Assembly: GCA_003231645.1 (NCBI GenBank)
Contig: QIIW01000151.1
Location: 8,621-72,620 of the forward strand
Direction: 5' to 3'
Length of the DNA: 64,000 nt
Origin: Acidimicrobiia bacterium
GTDB lineage: Bacteria > Actinomycetota > Acidimicrobiia > Acidimicrobiales > Aldehydirespiratoraceae
Part shown: one piece after another, positions 62,391-64,000 of the stretch
How the letters are laid out: every line of letters begins with the position of its first letter
Numbering within the stretch: position 1 is the first letter of the stretch
Notes under the pieces: generated by a model
What the model was told of the DNA's origin: nothing
Seen by the model: only the letters and a program-made list of their open reading frames with translations
The model's database searches: none
Position numbers and translations under genes: made by a program

Positions 62391-62534
62391 TGGTTTCTCC
62401 GGTTGCCGGGATCAGAGGTCCGGTATCCCGAGGTCGATCCCCTCGGGCCGGCCGAGTCTACGGAGTGGCGTGCCGCTGATCATCGCCGGATTCTCATTTC
62501 AGGTCGTGGGCGCCGGCCGTAGACTGCTGCCGTC

Positions 62535-63329
62535 ATGGACGCCACCCAGTCGACCCTCGCCGATGCCGACCGACTCACCGCGATCCTGATGTCGGAGGAT
62601 GTCGTGGCGGCGCTGTGGACCGCGGTCGACACCGGGCTCATGGACGAACTGGTGCCCGAGTTCGGGTTGCTGCGCATGGAGCAGGATCCGGTTCACCGTC
62701 ACAAGGATGTGCTGGCCCACACCATCGTTGTCGTCGGCCGTACTCCACCCGATCTCCACGTGAGGCTCGCGGCCTTCTTCCATGACATCGCCAAGCCCCG
62801 GACCCGTAGTTTCGAACACGGCGGTGTCACCTTCCGCCACCACGAAGCGGTCGGGGAGCGTATGACCCGAAAGCGCATGACCGAGCTCGGCTTTCCGGGG
62901 CCGATCGTCGACGATGTATCGGAGTTGGTGAGGCTCTCGGGTCGCTTCAAGGGCTACGCCGATGGCTGGTCCGACTCGGCGGTACGCCGCTACGCCCGCG
63001 AGGCGGGTCCACTCCTCGGTCGGCTCAACGCGCTGGTCCGCTCCGACTGCACCACCCGCAATGATGCCAAGGAAGCGGCGTTGCAGCGATCGATCGACGA
63101 TCTCGAGAGCCGCATCGCCGAGCTGGCCGCGGAGCAGCGACGGGCCGACGAGCGGCCCCAACTCGATGGCTTGGCAATCATGGCCCATCTGGGTATCGAA
63201 CCCGGACCCGATGTCGGCGCGGCGATGAAGTGGCTGCTCCAACTACGGCGGGCCGAGGGCGACCTGTCCGACGACGAGATCCACACCAGGCTCGACTCGT
63301 GGTGGGCCGAGCGCTCGGATCGAGCCTGA
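62535..63329 (+). CDS. stand-alone HD-domain protein resembling the C-terminal half of actinobacterial CCA-adding enzyme/PcnA
   Basis: Contains HRHKDVLAHT, FFHDIAKP, W.DSAVRRYAREAG, RSDCTTRN and LDGLAIMAHLGIEPGPDVG. No nucleotidyltransferase head domain is encoded upstream. Confidence 0.78.
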   Translation: MDATQSTLADADRLTAILMSEDVVAALWTAVDTGLMDELVPEFGLLRMEQDPVHRHKDVLAHTIVVVGRTPPDLHVRLAAFFHDIAKPRTRSFEHGGVTFRHHEAVGERMTRKRMTELGFPGPIVDDVSELVRLSGRFKGYADGWSDSAVRRYAREAGPLLGRLNALVRSDCTTRNDAKEAALQRSIDDLESRIAELAAEQRRADERPQLDGLAIMAHLGIEPGPDVGAAMKWLLQLRRAEGDLSDDEIHTRLDSWWAERSDRA

Positions 63330-63372
63330 GTCGTCGGGCGGTTCTCAGGAGCCGGTTCCGCCGTACCGGTAG

Positions 63373-64000
<628 letters not shown>

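Overview
GC-rich actinobacterial core-chromosome window. Mycothiol genes, Rex and the hem gene order point to Actinomycetota; an Acidimicrobiia-like origin is only my inference from protein signatures. Almost every gene is housekeeping.

Gene order:
- partial membrane protein, gad, ABC1 kinase
- DUF45 hydrolase, histidine phosphatase, MoaD-like carrier
- RsiG-like protein, mshA, ybjN-like, proC
- DUF62 SAM hydrolase plus an unlisted 29-aa membrane micro-ORF
- CAP-domain protein with an ABC-2 exporter, fadD
- rex-hemA-hemC-hemD-HAD-membrane-hemB-hemL, then pgi
- a damaged cytochrome bc-type module: truncated cytochrome b, interrupted Rieske gene, diheme cytochrome c
- this module runs without a gap into a canonical 14-gene nuoA-N operon
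- nadABC
- a second 11-gene nuo operon lacking nuoEFG, followed directly by a MidA/NDUFAF7-type methyltransferase and tetR
- DUF4349 lipoprotein, PIG-L deacetylase, stand-alone HD protein, asd (partial)

I saw no rRNA, tRNA, CRISPR, transposase, integrase or phage genes. Most long antisense or out-of-frame ORFs in the track are GC-driven shadow ORFs.

Nothing here looks like a clear new system such as a defence island or a biosynthetic cluster. The points most worth a second look are:
1. the EFG-less complex I paralogue linked to MidA;
2. the broken or recoded Rieske-cytochrome c gene and the cytochrome b deletion junction;
3. an RsiG-type c-di-GMP motif protein coupled to mshA;
4. a ~155-aa coiled-coil insertion in NuoL.

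All product calls come from reading motifs by eye. No database search was run.
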